IMG/VR virus record: IMGVR_UViG_3300033141_003975
Coordinates: 1-61,348 of that record
DNA from: a virus
Taxonomy: Duplodnaviria > Caudoviricetes
Strand: one strand, 5' to 3'
DNA length: 61,348 nucleotides
Part shown: one piece after another, positions 47,480-55,974 of the stretch
Position numbering within the stretch: position 1 is the stretch's first letter
How the letters are laid out: each line of letters opens with the position of its first letter
The notes under the pieces: generated by a model
Databases searched by the model: none
What the model saw: only the letters and a program-made list of their open reading frames with translations
What the model was told of the DNA's origin: nothing
Program-made: the position numbers and the translations under genes

Positions 47480-47752
47480 ATGAATTACGCACTGAGACAC
47501 AACAGTCATTGGCAAGGCGAGGGCCTCGGCCCCGTCATCGACGTGTTTGCGACAAGGCGGGAAGCTGAAGCCCTCGAAGACTTCATGTCAACGTGTTCTT
47601 TCTGCTTCCCTGGTCGGTCATCCGGTTACTCAGCAGGTGTTTGCTACAAAGTCAAACCCACCCGTCGTCCAGTTACAGCCGAGGTCGACCCCACGGATGA
47701 AATCTCACTACAAGACTACATGGACGCTCTTTGCGAGCGCGAATATGCTTAG
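47480..47752 (+). CDS. hypothetical protein
   Basis: AAGGAG RBS. Confidence 0.7.
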   Translation: MNYALRHNSHWQGEGLGPVIDVFATRREAEALEDFMSTCSFCFPGRSSGYSAGVCYKVKPTRRPVTAEVDPTDEISLQDYMDALCEREYA

Positions 47753-47761
47753 GAGGAAATC

Positions 47762-48199
47762 ATGTACGACGTATTCAAGGAAGGTAACGAGTTTGTGGCT
47801 TATCCTCGCCCCGATGATGAACCGAGATTGACAGCAAGATGGCGCGATCCTGATTTGTGGATGTTGGATCGCAGCAAATTCCCGAGGAATCCCGAGGAAT
47901 TGGAAGCCATGCTTGTTGCGGAAGACATCTTCTCTTCTGCAATGGACCCCAGTGACATTCCGAAGATCACCGATTCCTGGGATGACAATCCCGACGGGTA
48001 TGTTTCGATCCCGTTTGAGTGCAATGGCGGCTTCATTCCTGTTGCAGTGCCCTACTGGTACTGCCTCTCACCTTTGGACGCAGCCCAAGAAGTAGGATAT
48101 TACGACTCGACCACAAGTAGGGAGTACTGTGGCGAGTTTGAGGCTTTCGATGAAGAGGAAGCAATTGAAGCGGCAAAGAAATTGGAGGGAGTGTCATGA
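47762..48199 (+). CDS. hypothetical protein, paralog family B
   Basis: AGGAGG RBS; YDVFK..PRPDDEPRL. Confidence 0.72.
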   Translation: MYDVFKEGNEFVAYPRPDDEPRLTARWRDPDLWMLDRSKFPRNPEELEAMLVAEDIFSSAMDPSDIPKITDSWDDNPDGYVSIPFECNGGFIPVAVPYWYCLSPLDAAQEVGYYDSTTSREYCGEFEAFDEEEAIEAAKKLEGVS

Positions 48200-48627
48200 G
48201 AGAGTTCAAATTGGTTGGTGATTGTCTCGCAGAATGGGGCGGAAGCGGGCGGAATACCGGAGAGGCTACTATTATTGCAGGCCCATCTGGAGAGAGGAAG
48301 CCTGCGCGCTGGATCAATCGCATGGGACACTTGTCCAATGGAGAACATGCTTTGATCCCTGTTGAACCTGGTGACCTCGTAATTCATACAAATCACCATT
48401 GCAGGGACCACATCCTGTCAGTGTCAGTCATAGAGAAGATGACGCTCAGAGGTACTGCTGAGGCTCTTGAGGTATTCACTGGGCGCGCGATGCTCGACGA
48501 CGACAGACTGGTGGTGGAGCCCCATCCCGACTCCTGCCAACTCCCTGACACCTGGTATGAGGCCTGTATCGCTGTACTGAGAAAGGCTGAGACATACCAC
48601 TGTCGGGAAGCAGTGTATGTTGCATAG
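48196..48627 (+). CDS. hypothetical protein
   Basis: ATGA-coupled; EWGGSG.NTGEATII, YHCRE. Confidence 0.72.
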   Translation: MREFKLVGDCLAEWGGSGRNTGEATIIAGPSGERKPARWINRMGHLSNGEHALIPVEPGDLVIHTNHHCRDHILSVSVIEKMTLRGTAEALEVFTGRAMLDDDRLVVEPHPDSCQLPDTWYEACIAVLRKAETYHCREAVYVA

Positions 48628-48641
48628 AAAAGGAGGAAGCG

Positions 48642-48932
48642 ATGCTTGACACAACAAACAATAATTCCTCTTTGGATTTGGTTGACATAGTCCGAGATGT
48701 TGATATCGAAATCCATTGGGATACAGGAGACCCCTCTCCACTCCCCGACATTATCTCCTACATCGAGCTCTACAAGGAGATGAGTTGGGATAACATCCAG
48801 TGGGCGGAAGTATGGGTTAAGGGCACTCGCCCATTGGATTTGCGAGCTGAAAACCCGCAAGAGATGCTCATGCTCATCATCGTGAGTATGCTTGCCACAC
48901 AAGGAGGCCCATCGTGTTCACGTAATTCATGA
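48642..48932 (+). CDS. hypothetical protein, family E
   Basis: AGGAGG RBS; DVDIEIHW...LIIVSML. Confidence 0.68.
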   Translation: MLDTTNNNSSLDLVDIVRDVDIEIHWDTGDPSPLPDIISYIELYKEMSWDNIQWAEVWVKGTRPLDLRAENPQEMLMLIIVSMLATQGGPSCSRNS

Positions 48933-49249
48933 CAGTTTCTTTCCTGGCAGGATTTGGTCTTGGCGTTCTGCTCATTGTTGGCCTTACACGTATACGCTTG
49001 CCTGGGCGTAATCCCGAACTGGAGCGTTACTTGGGATTGAGGTACAGAATTGTTATTGAACCTTTCTCTGAGGAAGAGGGTGGTGGGTACGAGGCATTCA
49101 TCCCGACATTGGGCAAGTCAACGTGTGTCGCAGTCGGAGATACAGAGGAAGAGGCCCTCGACAATCTCCTGAGCGTGAAAAGAGATGTTATGGAGTCTTG
49201 GTACAAGGAGGGGCTTCCAATTCCATTACCGAAAGGAGAAAGGGAATGA
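48929..49249 (+). CDS. HicB-like antitoxin domain with N-terminal TM helix
   Basis: YRIVIEP..EEGGGY.AFIP.L...AVGDTEEEAL......W..EG.PIP.P. Confidence 0.8.
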   Translation: MTVSFLAGFGLGVLLIVGLTRIRLPGRNPELERYLGLRYRIVIEPFSEEEGGGYEAFIPTLGKSTCVAVGDTEEEALDNLLSVKRDVMESWYKEGLPIPLPKGERE

Positions 49250-49638
49250 AAACCAAACGACTCACACTACTCGGCGATTCACTCCTATATGAAGCCTTTG
49301 CCAGTGAATATACAGCAATTGGTGAAGGTTGGCACGTTATGACAAAAGTTCGTTTAGGCAAACGCATCAGAGCGAAGAAGCTTATACAAATCTTGGAAGA
49401 ATCTATTGTCGCGACTAAAGATGAAGAGATTGTGGATGTGGACCGCTACCGAATGCTTATCTTGAAGGACCACGGGGGCTGCCATATTGATCTCCAATGC
49501 GCAGGCAGTCTTTTTTACGAATCCTACGATCCTTGCAAGAAACTGAAGAGATCAATAGCTCTTGCGTTCATAGAGGCCCTTGCGCGCAAAGGTCTACTTG
49601 AATTCCATAAGGAGAATGAGAATGAAATCTGTATGTAG
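49246..49638 (+). CDS. hypothetical protein, paralog family D (N-terminal part)
   Basis: RLTLLGDSLLYE...GEGW resembles RITKLGDRLLLE...GEGW of 51192. Confidence 0.7.
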   Translation: MKTKRLTLLGDSLLYEAFASEYTAIGEGWHVMTKVRLGKRIRAKKLIQILEESIVATKDEEIVDVDRYRMLILKDHGGCHIDLQCAGSLFYESYDPCKKLKRSIALAFIEALARKGLLEFHKENENEICM

Positions 49639-50722
49639 ACGAAACGATCTGTTACAAACAGTCCGACGACTGCGCTCAATCAGCAGCTGGGTTACAGTCT
49701 CGTCCAACCTCGATTCCGAGTCCATTTCTTTGACAGCGCAAGACAATAGCCGTGTGCTGACCGCTAAACTCTCTACCAACGGTGTCAGCAAATGCCTTCT
49801 GCTTCTGGACTTAGAGGTTCTGCAAAAGAAACTTGCAGCCTTGACCGTACCCGAGGTCGCCCTATGTTGCGAGTTAGGCACCCTGATTCTGAGAGCGAGC
49901 AAGTTCCAATTTCAACTAAACACTTGCCAGACTCTCAACCCCCCGAGTACACTATTCACCACCCCCTCCCACACAAGCGACTTCCCCTTACACAAATTCC
50001 GCCTCCTCCTTGCTTCCATACTTCCTTATACCTCAACCGAGAAGGGGCAGTATGAACTTGATGCACTTGCGTATAGACGCGGTGTCTGGTACTCAACAGA
50101 CGGAAGGCGTGTTGGGGTATACCACTTCCCATTATCCCACGTCCCCGACGAATTCACTCTACCCGACTCTTCCTACCTCGACATAATCCGACGCAGTCTA
50201 CCCCGAGGTAAGAAAGGGACAGGGACTATTTCTTTCGACAAGGAGTATAGTTGTGAGATAGCCTGGGGGAAGTGGAGGTTCCAGACCCGTTTACTGGCAG
50301 GACCCTTCCCGCCATACCAAAACTTAATTCCCGACAACCAAAATAGTATTGTCGTGAATAAGGATGAGATCTGCGCAGGACTGCTGGATGCACAAAACCG
50401 CGTGGACCCCAGCACGGAGTATATAGGCTTGGACATAGACAGCGGATCAGAGATTGCCTTTGTAGTTCCTGAAGGCGACATAATCTCAAAGACACAAGCG
50501 CTGCAACTGTATGAGCCGCGCGAGAGGGTTATGTGGCTGAACAGGGCCCTACTCCTCCAAGGCATCAAACCCGTAACCTCCGAGACGGTCGTGCTCAAAA
50601 TAGGGCCTTGCTTGAAACCCTGTTACGGAGCCCCCGACTATGGTCCTATTATGATCCACGGCGAGGACCCCTGTTACCAATACGTCCTCATGCCCAAAAT
50701 CCCGCCTGGAGAACTATCATGA
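49622..50722 (+). CDS. dnaN: DNA polymerase III beta sliding-clamp-like protein (divergent)
   Basis: About 366 aa; STDGRRV, TRLLAGPFPPYQNLIP, C-terminal YVLMP. Confidence 0.8.
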   Translation: MKSVCRRNDLLQTVRRLRSISSWVTVSSNLDSESISLTAQDNSRVLTAKLSTNGVSKCLLLLDLEVLQKKLAALTVPEVALCCELGTLILRASKFQFQLNTCQTLNPPSTLFTTPSHTSDFPLHKFRLLLASILPYTSTEKGQYELDALAYRRGVWYSTDGRRVGVYHFPLSHVPDEFTLPDSSYLDIIRRSLPRGKKGTGTISFDKEYSCEIAWGKWRFQTRLLAGPFPPYQNLIPDNQNSIVVNKDEICAGLLDAQNRVDPSTEYIGLDIDSGSEIAFVVPEGDIISKTQALQLYEPRERVMWLNRALLLQGIKPVTSETVVLKIGPCLKPCYGAPDYGPIMIHGEDPCYQYVLMPKIPPGELS

Positions 50723-51135
50723 GATTTGAACAAGACAAGGCATCGTATTGGGCATTCCTCCGTGAGATATCATGCTACTCCGATATCGCTTGCGAGGTGT
50801 TGAAAAACCACTGGTCGAATTCCTTTATTGGCATTGGTTTTTACCCGTGGGCATCTCCGTTCAGACACCTCCCTGCGCGAGTGCCTGACACTGAGGACGA
50901 ATGGGGTGAGTATTTCGTCAAGTTCCCTGGAGACATCGTGCCCATCCCCCTCGACGCTTCCTGGGCAGGAGCGCCTCCGAAAGTAACGGAGGTGGATGAG
51001 GAGCACGGGTTTGCAAAGGTCGAGATGCTCCCGAGCCAAGCGCTCAATTGCCACTACCCCCCTTTACTTCATGAGATATTGTGGTCAACAGACTGCTTGT
51101 ATCTAGCCAGGAGGATTTTCATCACGCTTCCTTGA
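50719..51135 (+). CDS. hypothetical protein, paralog family A (short)
   Basis: WAGAPP..AKVEMLPSQAL..RIFITLP. Confidence 0.68.
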   Translation: MRFEQDKASYWAFLREISCYSDIACEVLKNHWSNSFIGIGFYPWASPFRHLPARVPDTEDEWGEYFVKFPGDIVPIPLDASWAGAPPKVTEVDEEHGFAKVEMLPSQALNCHYPPLLHEILWSTDCLYLARRIFITLP

Positions 51136-51154
51136 GGCTCGATATCAGAAATTA

Positions 51155-51179
51155 AAGGCCCGCTGAAGCCTTGATTCAG
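51155..51179 (+). promoter_or_regulatory. H-type pseudoknot-like leader, copy 3
   Basis: AAGGC/GCCTT and CTGAA/TTCAG, then AGGAG. Confidence 0.55.
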
Positions 51180-51191
51180 TAGGAGACAACC

Positions 51192-51737
51192 ATGCACAGA
51201 ATCACGAAGCTCGGAGATCGTTTGTTATTGGAGAAATACCGAAACTCATCCCTTGGAGAGGGTTGGTTCATCGTCAAGGAACTAACCCCTGCCACCCCAG
51301 TCACAGAGTTCCTGGCCCCCGCCGTGAACCCTTTGACACACAGTGCCTCGGTCCAGCTCGAAGGTTACAAACTCATCTTCACGTCGCACAAATCAGTACA
51401 CCTGCTTCGACCAGGCACTGACACTCGCGGCTCCTCCCGCTGGGAACCCACAGAGACAATCCCCTTTGACAAACTCCTCGGTCTACTTCGCTGGACTGAC
51501 GAGAATGGGGTTATTGACTTTGCCGAAGTCGATATTTGTGATGAATCCATTCACACAGATGTTGGCAAACACGCAGAGGATGTCGCAAAGATGATCCGCA
51601 AGGAATTTAATTCTTTGATTGAGGTAACAGCAGACAGTGGTATTGTGCAAATATCCCAGACCTTTGGCAAGCGGGACTACTTCCTTGGGTTTATCTGTGG
51701 TGCCGCTGTAGCATTGGAACAGAAAGGAGAAGTGTGA
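51192..51737 (+). CDS. hypothetical protein, paralog family D
   Basis: GKHAEDVAKMIR..EVTADSGIV..YFLGFICG. Confidence 0.78.
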   Translation: MHRITKLGDRLLLEKYRNSSLGEGWFIVKELTPATPVTEFLAPAVNPLTHSASVQLEGYKLIFTSHKSVHLLRPGTDTRGSSRWEPTETIPFDKLLGLLRWTDENGVIDFAEVDICDESIHTDVGKHAEDVAKMIRKEFNSLIEVTADSGIVQISQTFGKRDYFLGFICGAAVALEQKGEV

Positions 51738-52105
51738 TGTCCGTGTTCGTGAATTGCTCAAACCATATCATTGACACGTGGTCAGCCGAGCAAAGGGAAG
51801 CAGCTCATGCTTTGGGTTGTGAGCATTTGGTGGACCGCCCGTTCCCGAATGTAGATCCCGAGGCTGATGAGGAAACAATAGGTGAATTAGCCTGGGGGCT
51901 CGCCCAATCCCTCAGATACATCCTCGACAGCGACCCGCCTGGTGTAGTCATGATCCAAGGCGAATCAACCCTTGTGTTTCGCACGGTATCCATACTCAAG
52001 AGTTTGGGTATTGTGTGTGTGGCAGCAACAACAAAGCGCGAAGTCGAAGAGCGTGATGGGAAGAAAATCTCAATCTTTCGTTTTGTTCAACTTCGCCAAT
52101 ACTGA
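51734..52105 (+). CDS. Csx20/Csx15/Crn1-like CARF-related protein (putative cyclic oligoadenylate ring nuclease)
   Basis: FVNCSNH...WS.EQ, PFPNVDP, IQGE, AATTKR, C-terminal FRFVQLRQY. Confidence 0.7.
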   Translation: MMSVFVNCSNHIIDTWSAEQREAAHALGCEHLVDRPFPNVDPEADEETIGELAWGLAQSLRYILDSDPPGVVMIQGESTLVFRTVSILKSLGIVCVAATTKREVEERDGKKISIFRFVQLRQY

Positions 52106-52116
52106 GGAGATGGAAT

Positions 52117-52473
52117 ATGATAAATGTGCCAGAGGATCTTGAAGACTACATCGAGGATGCGCATGAAGCTCTGTTGCAGTACTTCAATTACGACGTCCTC
52201 GCTTTCATGCTTGACGATCTGACCCGACTCGCAGATTACTGTCTCGGCCAGTCTCAAGCGCGGGCTTGGGAAGACGAAGCCGCGCGTGCTATTGCGAAAG
52301 ACTTACTCCGTAGACTTACAAGCGATGGGCGCTTTACTTACGAAACGGACAGCGTATTGGCAATCGACCTCGCTTGTTTCTTTCGCGTAACACTCCAGGC
52401 CGTCTCCGCCGTAATCGCAACAATGGCAATCTCGGGCGAAACAATACAGGTGGTGTCCAAACGAGATATATAG
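52117..52473 (+). CDS. hypothetical protein
   Basis: GAGGAG RBS; 118 aa. Confidence 0.68.
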   Translation: MINVPEDLEDYIEDAHEALLQYFNYDVLAFMLDDLTRLADYCLGQSQARAWEDEAARAIAKDLLRRLTSDGRFTYETDSVLAIDLACFFRVTLQAVSAVIATMAISGETIQVVSKRDI

Positions 52474-52488
52474 AAAGGATGAGTCACT

Positions 52489-53163
52489 ATGCCTCAAGTA
52501 TTATACGTAATGGGTAAGTCGGAAGGAGAGCTCCAGTATAAGGAGAAGCTTCCAATACGGAAACGGAGTCAGGAATGGACCCTTACCACCCACCCTGACA
52601 CGGTTTTTGTCGGAGACAGCGGGCGCGTGATATTCCGCCGCGATCTCCCGTTCTGGTCCACCCCTAATGGAGAAGCTCTACTAAAACGAGCCCCTCACCC
52701 TTGGATGGAGGAGGAGATGTTGGAGGCTTGGGATAAACTCGAACTCGCCCTCTGCACCGCCTCCCCCGTCTCCGGTTACTACACCCTCCCGTATGGCAAA
52801 GACACTGCCATAGCCCCAGTCTCTCCCAACCGCCCTACCCCCTTCTACCCTCTAGGCAAAGTGGAGCTTTGTGTCTGGATCACGCGAATGCAGCCTACGC
52901 ATATAGGGGTGTGGAACGGGAAGTTGGGTGCCTTGCTGTGGACGGATGAGGACGGGCTCGTAGGTGCGACGCTCAGCTTCAAACCCAACCCCAGCTTCTA
53001 TGCATGGCTAGTGCCGGATGAGTGCACTTGGTGGGATATTGTTCTTGAGAAAGGGAAGTTCAGGGCGGTACCTGCCATTGGACGGGATGATTCCTTGGGC
53101 TGTGTCCATGCTGATTCAGCCAGAGCAGCTGTGGAACAATTCCTTGAGGATGAGTCAGAGTAG
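52489..53163 (+). CDS. hypothetical protein
   Basis: AAGGA RBS; last plus-strand gene, converges on the methylase. Confidence 0.7.
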   Translation: MPQVLYVMGKSEGELQYKEKLPIRKRSQEWTLTTHPDTVFVGDSGRVIFRRDLPFWSTPNGEALLKRAPHPWMEEEMLEAWDKLELALCTASPVSGYYTLPYGKDTAIAPVSPNRPTPFYPLGKVELCVWITRMQPTHIGVWNGKLGALLWTDEDGLVGATLSFKPNPSFYAWLVPDECTWWDIVLEKGKFRAVPAIGRDDSLGCVHADSARAAVEQFLEDESE

Positions 53164-54003
53164 TGAGTCTTGTGTGAGGAAGGGCACCTTAATCCAGTTG
53201 GCCATGAGTTGCCCTTCCCGCATCCCAATTGGCGTATGAACAAACTCTCGGGCCCTCTCCACATAATACACTTGCTCATCATACCCAATCCCCTTCCTCC
53301 CCAAATACTCAGCCACTTTCACGGTCGTCCCTATCCCGCAGAACGGGTCCAGCACATACTCCCCCTTCTCTGAATAGAGCTGTATCACACGATAAGGTAT
53401 TTCCTCGGGGAATGGGCACGGATGCGGGAGTGCGTGAGGCGGCACGGGCGGTATATGCCACACATCATTGGCCACTTCCTTCAAAAACAAATCATCCACT
53501 TCCAATTCCTCCTCCATCTCCCACACCCTATTCCCGGGCTTCCGATACACCTGCACCCTCTCAGTCATTATATTCGGATAATACTTCCCAGGATAAGGCT
53601 TTTGAATAAACACTCCTGCCCGCTTCACACCCCCCGTCACCTTGTGCCACACAATCTCCTCATGGAAATCCCATCCCACTTCCTTGACCATCTTCACCAG
53701 GAACTCCTGTGGGAAAGGTATCCTCATCCCCCCAACCAGTATTGTCCCGATCACTACGGCACAAAACCCGCCAGGTACAGTCACACGCTGCACTTCCCCA
53801 AAACACTCCACAGTAAGTGTATGCAAGAACTCATAATACTCATCCATATTTCCTGCGCGGGTACGGTACCAGGTATTCGGATTCTCGATATGCTTCGCGT
53901 AGTCAATCGAGTTCCAATACGGGGGACTGGTGACAGTCAACGCCACCTGGTTGTCCTTGAGAGGCAGGTTGCGACAGTCGCATTGTTCAAGTATTGGTGT
54001 CAT
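53155..54003 (-). CDS. second N4-C/N6-A beta-class DNA methyltransferase
   Basis: TSPPY, HPCPFP, DPFCGIGTT. Confidence 0.92.
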   Translation of the reverse strand: MTPILEQCDCRNLPLKDNQVALTVTSPPYWNSIDYAKHIENPNTWYRTRAGNMDEYYEFLHTLTVECFGEVQRVTVPGGFCAVVIGTILVGGMRIPFPQEFLVKMVKEVGWDFHEEIVWHKVTGGVKRAGVFIQKPYPGKYYPNIMTERVQVYRKPGNRVWEMEEELEVDDLFLKEVANDVWHIPPVPPHALPHPCPFPEEIPYRVIQLYSEKGEYVLDPFCGIGTTVKVAEYLGRKGIGYDEQVYYVERAREFVHTPIGMREGQLMANWIKVPFLTQDSLL

Positions 54004-54023
54004 CTTTCATCTCCATAATACAC

Positions 54024-54096
54024 TTCCGGGCTGGGGCAAACACTCTAAAACCGTCAGCCTGGTGGTGGGCAAGCTTGGCGGGACCCCAGCCCAGAA
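54024..54096 (-). ncRNA. structured intergenic element upstream of the methylase
   Basis: 13-bp closing stem TTCTGGGCTGGGG/CCCCAGCCCGGAA with an inner imperfect stem. Confidence 0.35.
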
Positions 54097-54099
54097 TCT

Positions 54100-54513
54100 T
54101 CAATTCGTATAAGCGGATCGAAACTCAGTGGGCAAGACAACCGGTTCCACCCACCGTGTGGCACTCTCGATGATTTCATAACTCAGTGACGGTAACGCAC
54201 GCAACACCTCTGCCAGATCCTCCACAGACCCTCCCTGCGTCGTCACGTTTATCTCATACAGATTCCCTTTTATGGTTCCGTAGTGGATGCGCTGAGACTG
54301 ATACAACCCAGTCCCGTGCACGTGGCTTTGTACTGGAACTGCATCCACAACAGCTGACACTTTGACAGACGTTGCAGCTCCAGGTTCAGCTTGTAACTGC
54401 TCCCACGAAAACCTCACAACATTCTGCTCAATACAATCAGCTTCCCATTTCGAGACTTGCGAGCCTGCACACCCGAGCAACGCCACAAGCAAAACTCCTG
54501 CCAACACTTTCAT
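54100..54513 (-). CDS. lipoprotein
   Basis: MKVLAGVLLVALLG-C lipobox. Confidence 0.75.
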   Translation of the reverse strand: MKVLAGVLLVALLGCAGSQVSKWEADCIEQNVVRFSWEQLQAEPGAATSVKVSAVVDAVPVQSHVHGTGLYQSQRIHYGTIKGNLYEINVTTQGGSVEDLAEVLRALPSLSYEIIESATRWVEPVVLPTEFRSAYTN

Positions 54514-55436
54514 TCTCCACCTCCTGTGAACAGTTTCCCTTGCTCATATCGCGACACCCTCATCCACCCCCCACGCACGCCTTCGGGGCTGAAGGTATCC
54601 GTTCGCGCGGAGATCCGTACCAGAAGCTCCGCCCCCTCGCCTATTGTGACGCCAGGATTCGACCCTGGTGCCTTTCTCAACACCCCCACAGCCCCATCCC
54701 GCAACACGAAGCTTGCCTCTGCCTCGCGTGCGAAGTTCCAAATCATCGACCCCCCTGACAGATTCCCCGTCAACAAGCTCCCACTTCCTTGCTCCACAAC
54801 AACTTCCCCTCCAACAGCCTCTATATTCACCAGAGCTTTCGCCTCAGGTTCACTCCGCAACATCACTACACTATTCCTCCCTTTCACACACAATCCCCCA
54901 TTTGATACCAGGGCCAAAACACGCGCTCCTTCACCTGCAAACACTTCCGCTTTCCCTCCTCCGTCCAGTTCAAGTGTGACGCTCTGCTCGGCAGGCAAAC
55001 GCACTTGTGCGAAACTCCCTTCCCCATACACTTGTACAAGCGGTGGCTTTGCCTCAGCTTCCTGCACTTCCACTTCCACCCCCCCTTTCCTGCACACATA
55101 CAACTCCCCCTGCGGGTACAACACGACGTCCTTCATCTTCGTGTTCGGGTAGGTCGCGATATACGGCCTGTCGACGCAGACATACGTGCCGTCTTGCAAC
55201 AGCCACCATTTCTGCCACTCTGCCAAAGCCTTCATCAGTGCTTTCTTCTTCTTTGCCGTCAGATCAATCGAGCAGGACAGAAACCACTGCTGCGGATTCG
55301 CCGCGAAATGCTTCCCCGTGTCCGGCGGTGTAGCCACTACACGCACTTCATCCTCTACCACAGGATCTAAAGTATCCCGCCACCACATAGCCTCGTCATC
55401 AGGCAGCAACGCCAGTACCACTTCCTCTTGAAACAT
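54510..55436 (-). CDS. hypothetical protein, Gly/Val-rich beta-helix-like C-terminus
   Basis: 308-aa ORF with AAGGA RBS in the operon. Confidence 0.68.
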   Translation of the reverse strand: MFQEEVVLALLPDDEAMWWRDTLDPVVEDEVRVVATPPDTGKHFAANPQQWFLSCSIDLTAKKKKALMKALAEWQKWWLLQDGTYVCVDRPYIATYPNTKMKDVVLYPQGELYVCRKGGVEVEVQEAEAKPPLVQVYGEGSFAQVRLPAEQSVTLELDGGGKAEVFAGEGARVLALVSNGGLCVKGRNSVVMLRSEPEAKALVNIEAVGGEVVVEQGSGSLLTGNLSGGSMIWNFAREAEASFVLRDGAVGVLRKAPGSNPGVTIGEGAELLVRISARTDTFSPEGVRGGWMRVSRYEQGKLFTGGGE

Positions 55437-55974
55437 AATCCTTTTCCTTTCTCATTAACTTTTGTAAATACGTGCGTGAAACATACAGGTCGTAATTCTC
55501 CGCCAACATCTCAACACACATCATCCACGAACACCCGCACTTCCGCCACTTCCTCACACAGTCAAGACACTCCCTCGGCACTTCCTGCACCATACTTCTA
55601 CTCCTCCTCCGCCACCGATCATGGCAGGATCGCGAACAAAACATCCTCCACGAATTACTCTCAAACAGCCTCCCACACTGTTTGCATTTGTGCCTATACT
55701 TCCTCCGCCTCTTTGCTAAATAACACTCTCTGGAACAAAACAGCTTCTTACTCTTCGGTCCTACAATCATTGTCTTCCCACAATACCTACACTTCCTTCG
55801 CACTTTTGGAGGAAAGCGGGAGCATCCGCATGACTTCTTATTCCCATTGAGTATTGCAGAGTAGGATATGGTACAGGTCTTCCCACAGTCACAAATTGCA
55901 CTCAAATACTGCTTACTTGCTATCCCCGTAATCACCAACTTCCCCACTCTCATTCCCTTATATTTCGTTCCCAT
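55399..55974 (-). CDS. Cys-rich zinc-finger protein
   Basis: CDCG...KSCGC segment typical of HNH/AP2-associated N-termini; two CxxC...FCSxxC repeats. Confidence 0.65.
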   Translation of the reverse strand: MGTKYKGMRVGKLVITGIASKQYLSAICDCGKTCTISYSAILNGNKKSCGCSRFPPKVRRKCRYCGKTMIVGPKSKKLFCSRECYLAKRRRKYRHKCKQCGRLFESNSWRMFCSRSCHDRWRRRSRSMVQEVPRECLDCVRKWRKCGCSWMMCVEMLAENYDLYVSRTYLQKLMRKEKDYVSRGSGTGVAA

